Assembly (NCBI GenBank): GCA_012295275.1
Contig: CM022666.1
Coordinates: 11,160,001-11,224,000, forward strand
Reading direction: 5' to 3'
Source of the DNA: Chrysomallon squamiferum
Lineage: Eukaryota; Animalia; Mollusca
DNA: 64,000 nucleotides
Positions 61,553 to 64,000 of the stretch are shown here, one piece after another. The position numbers and the translations under genes are program-made. The notes under the pieces are model-generated. The model was not told the origin of the DNA. It did no database searches and saw only the letters and a program-made list of their open reading frames with translations. Every line of letters begins with the position of its first letter. Position 1 is the first letter of the stretch.

Positions 61553-63703
61553 GCTTGTGTTTTCCCACTACAACAACAGCAGACATGTAATGGATGTCTG
61601 AAAACAATAAATATGGGTATCCCTAGCGCTTTACCAGAGATGTATTTGATATCTGGCAACAATACATATGGGTATTCCTAGAGTTTTACCACTGCAACAA
61701 CAGCAGACATGTAATAGTTGTCTGACAACAATAAATATGGGTATTCTAGTGTTTTACCACCATAAGAACAGCAGACATGTAATATACGTCTGACAAAAAT
61801 AAATATAGGTATCCCTTGTGCTTTAATACTACAACATCAGCAGACAGGTAGTCGATGTCTGACAAAAATAAATATGGGTATCCCTTATGTTTCACCTTTA
61901 CAACAACACTAGACAGGTTGTTGATGTCTGACAAAAATAAATATGGGTATCCCTTATGTTTCACTTTTACAACAACAGCAGACAGGTAGTCGATGTGTGA
62001 CAACAATAAATATGTGTATCCCTAGTCTTTTACCACTGCAACAACAGCAGACACGTAACAGAGGTCTGACAGAAATAAATATGGGTATCCCTAGAGTTCT
62101 ACCACTAGAACAACAGCAGACATATAGTCGGTATCAGGCAACAATAAATATAAGTATTCCTAGTGTTTTACCACAACAACAACAGCAGACATGTAGTCGA
62201 TGTCTGACAACAATAAATATAGGTATCCCTAGTGTTTTACTACCATAAGAACAGCAGATATGTAGTCGATGTCTGATAAAAAATAAATATGGGTATCCCT
62301 AGTGTTTTACCATTACAACAACAGTAGGCATGTAGTCGAGGCCTGGCAACAATAAATATTGGTATCCCTAATGTTTTACTACTACAACAACAGCAGACAT
62401 TTAGTCGATGTGTGACAACAATTATAAATATGGGTATCCTTAGTGTTTTACCACTGCAACAACAGCAGACATGTAATAGATGTCTGACAACAATAAATAT
62501 GGGTATCCCTATTATTTTAGCACTACAAAAATAGCATAGATGTAGCCGACATCTGGTATCAATAAATATGAGGAATTCCTAGTATTTTACCACTAAAACA
62601 AAAGCAGATATGTAGTCGATGTGTACTAACAATTAATATGGGTATACTTAGGGTTTTACCACTACAACAACGGGAGACATAGTCGATATCTGACAAATTG
62701 CTAGTGTTTTACTACTTGTACAACAGCAGACATGTAATCGGTATCCCTATTGTTTTACCATCACATCAAAACCAGACATGTAGTCGATATCCGACAGCAA
62801 TAAATATAAGTATCCCTAGTGTTTTACCACTAGAACAAGAGCAGACATGTAATACATGTCTGACAACAATAAATGTGCAATTCCTAGTGTTTTACCACTA
62901 CAACAACAAAAGAGTTGTAGTCGATATCTGGCAACAAATTTCTAGTCTTACTACTTCATCAACAGCAGACATGTAGTAGATGTCTGACAACAATAGATAT
63001 GGATATTCCTAGTATTTTGCGACTAAAACAATGGCAGATAGGAAGTCGATATCTGACAACAGTAAATATGGGTATCCCTAGTGTTTTACAAGTACAACAG
63101 CAGACATGTATTTGACCTGCGACAAATATAAATATTGGTCTGACTAATGTTTTATCACTACAACAACAGCAGACGTAGTCGATATCTGACAACAAATTGC
63201 TAGTGTTTTACTACTTCTACAACAGAATACATGTAGCCGAAGTCTGACAACAATACGTATGGGACTGCCTAGTGTCTTACCACTACAACAACAGCAGACA
63301 TGTAGTCGATGTCTGACAACAATAAATATGGGTATCCCTAGTGTTTTACCACCATAAAAACGAGATGTAGTCGATATCTGGAAAAAAATAAATATGAGTA
63401 TTTCTAGTGTTTTACCACTGGAATAACAGCACACATGTAGTCGATGTCTGACAACAATAAATATAGTTATCCCTAGTCTTTTACCACTCCATCAACAGCA
63501 GACATGTAGTAGATGTCTGACAACAATAAATATGGGTATCCCTGGTGTTTTATCACTACAACAACAGGAGACGTAGTCGATATTTCACAACAAATTGCTA
63601 GTGTCTTACTACTTCTACAACAACAACAGCAGACCTGTAGTCGATGTCTCACAAAAATAAATATGGGTATTACCACTGCAACAACACCAGACAGGTGATA
63701 GAT
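61553..63703. repeat. 69-bp tandem satellite (~31 copies)
   Basis: Unit CTAGTGTTTTACCACTACAACAACAGCAGACATGTAGTCGATGTCTGACAACAATAAATATGGGTATCC, period 69 (63269 to 63338). Confidence 0.96.
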
Positions 63704-63861
63704 ATCGCCGAGTCGAGTGAAGGCGAACGTGACCGTGCCGAGAAGAAATCACAAAGAAGAAAAAAAAACAGCAATCACAATTATTATTATTAATTGTTTT
63801 TGTTCATTTATTTATTTATTTATTTATTTATTTATTAACATCATTCTGTTATTATCATTAC

Positions 63862-63897
<36 letters not shown>

Positions 63898-64000
63898 CAC
63901 AAACGCGGGTCAAGCACACGCGAACTGAAACACCGGCGCGCACGATTCGATTCGACTCGACGCGTCGCGGGCACCGCACCTCTTCTTTCTTTTTTTCTTT

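Noticed and set aside
61553-63703. Repeat-protein ORFs or a CRISPR array in the 69-bp repeat
   Set aside because: The whole unit repeats with no spacers; frames are broken by frequent stops and indels

Overview
AT-rich, intron-containing eukaryotic (invertebrate, probably molluscan - inference) genomic DNA. 1-12 kb holds three housekeeping genes reconstructed exon by exon: the 5' part of CEP63/DEUP1-like (minus), complete COMMD2 (plus, 199 aa) head-to-head with it across a ~130-bp ETS-site promoter, and complete PIN4/parvulin-14 (minus, 134 aa), whose intron 2 carries a decayed RNase H-type LINE and a tRNA-derived SINE. 15.0-21.8 kb encodes an intact 8-coding-exon secreted protein (~476 aa) with signal peptide-PAN/Apple-small Cys module-2x CCP/Sushi-GON architecture, i.e. 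a GON domain without an ADAMTS protease; this is the most interesting element. Its introns contain a Tigger/pogo deletion derivative, a 42-bp repeat that multiplies a splice donor in frame, and a truncated duplicate of the GON exon start. 23-45 kb has minisatellites, local duplications, decayed minus-strand exon remnants (a small Cys-rich VWC-like gene, receptor-tail-like exons) and TG/CA low-complexity DNA. 45.6-63.7 kb is a 16-kb 40-bp satellite with higher-order structure, directly followed by a 69-bp hairpin-bearing satellite. Most six-frame ORFs are microsatellite artefacts. All family calls are from motif recognition by eye; no searches were run.
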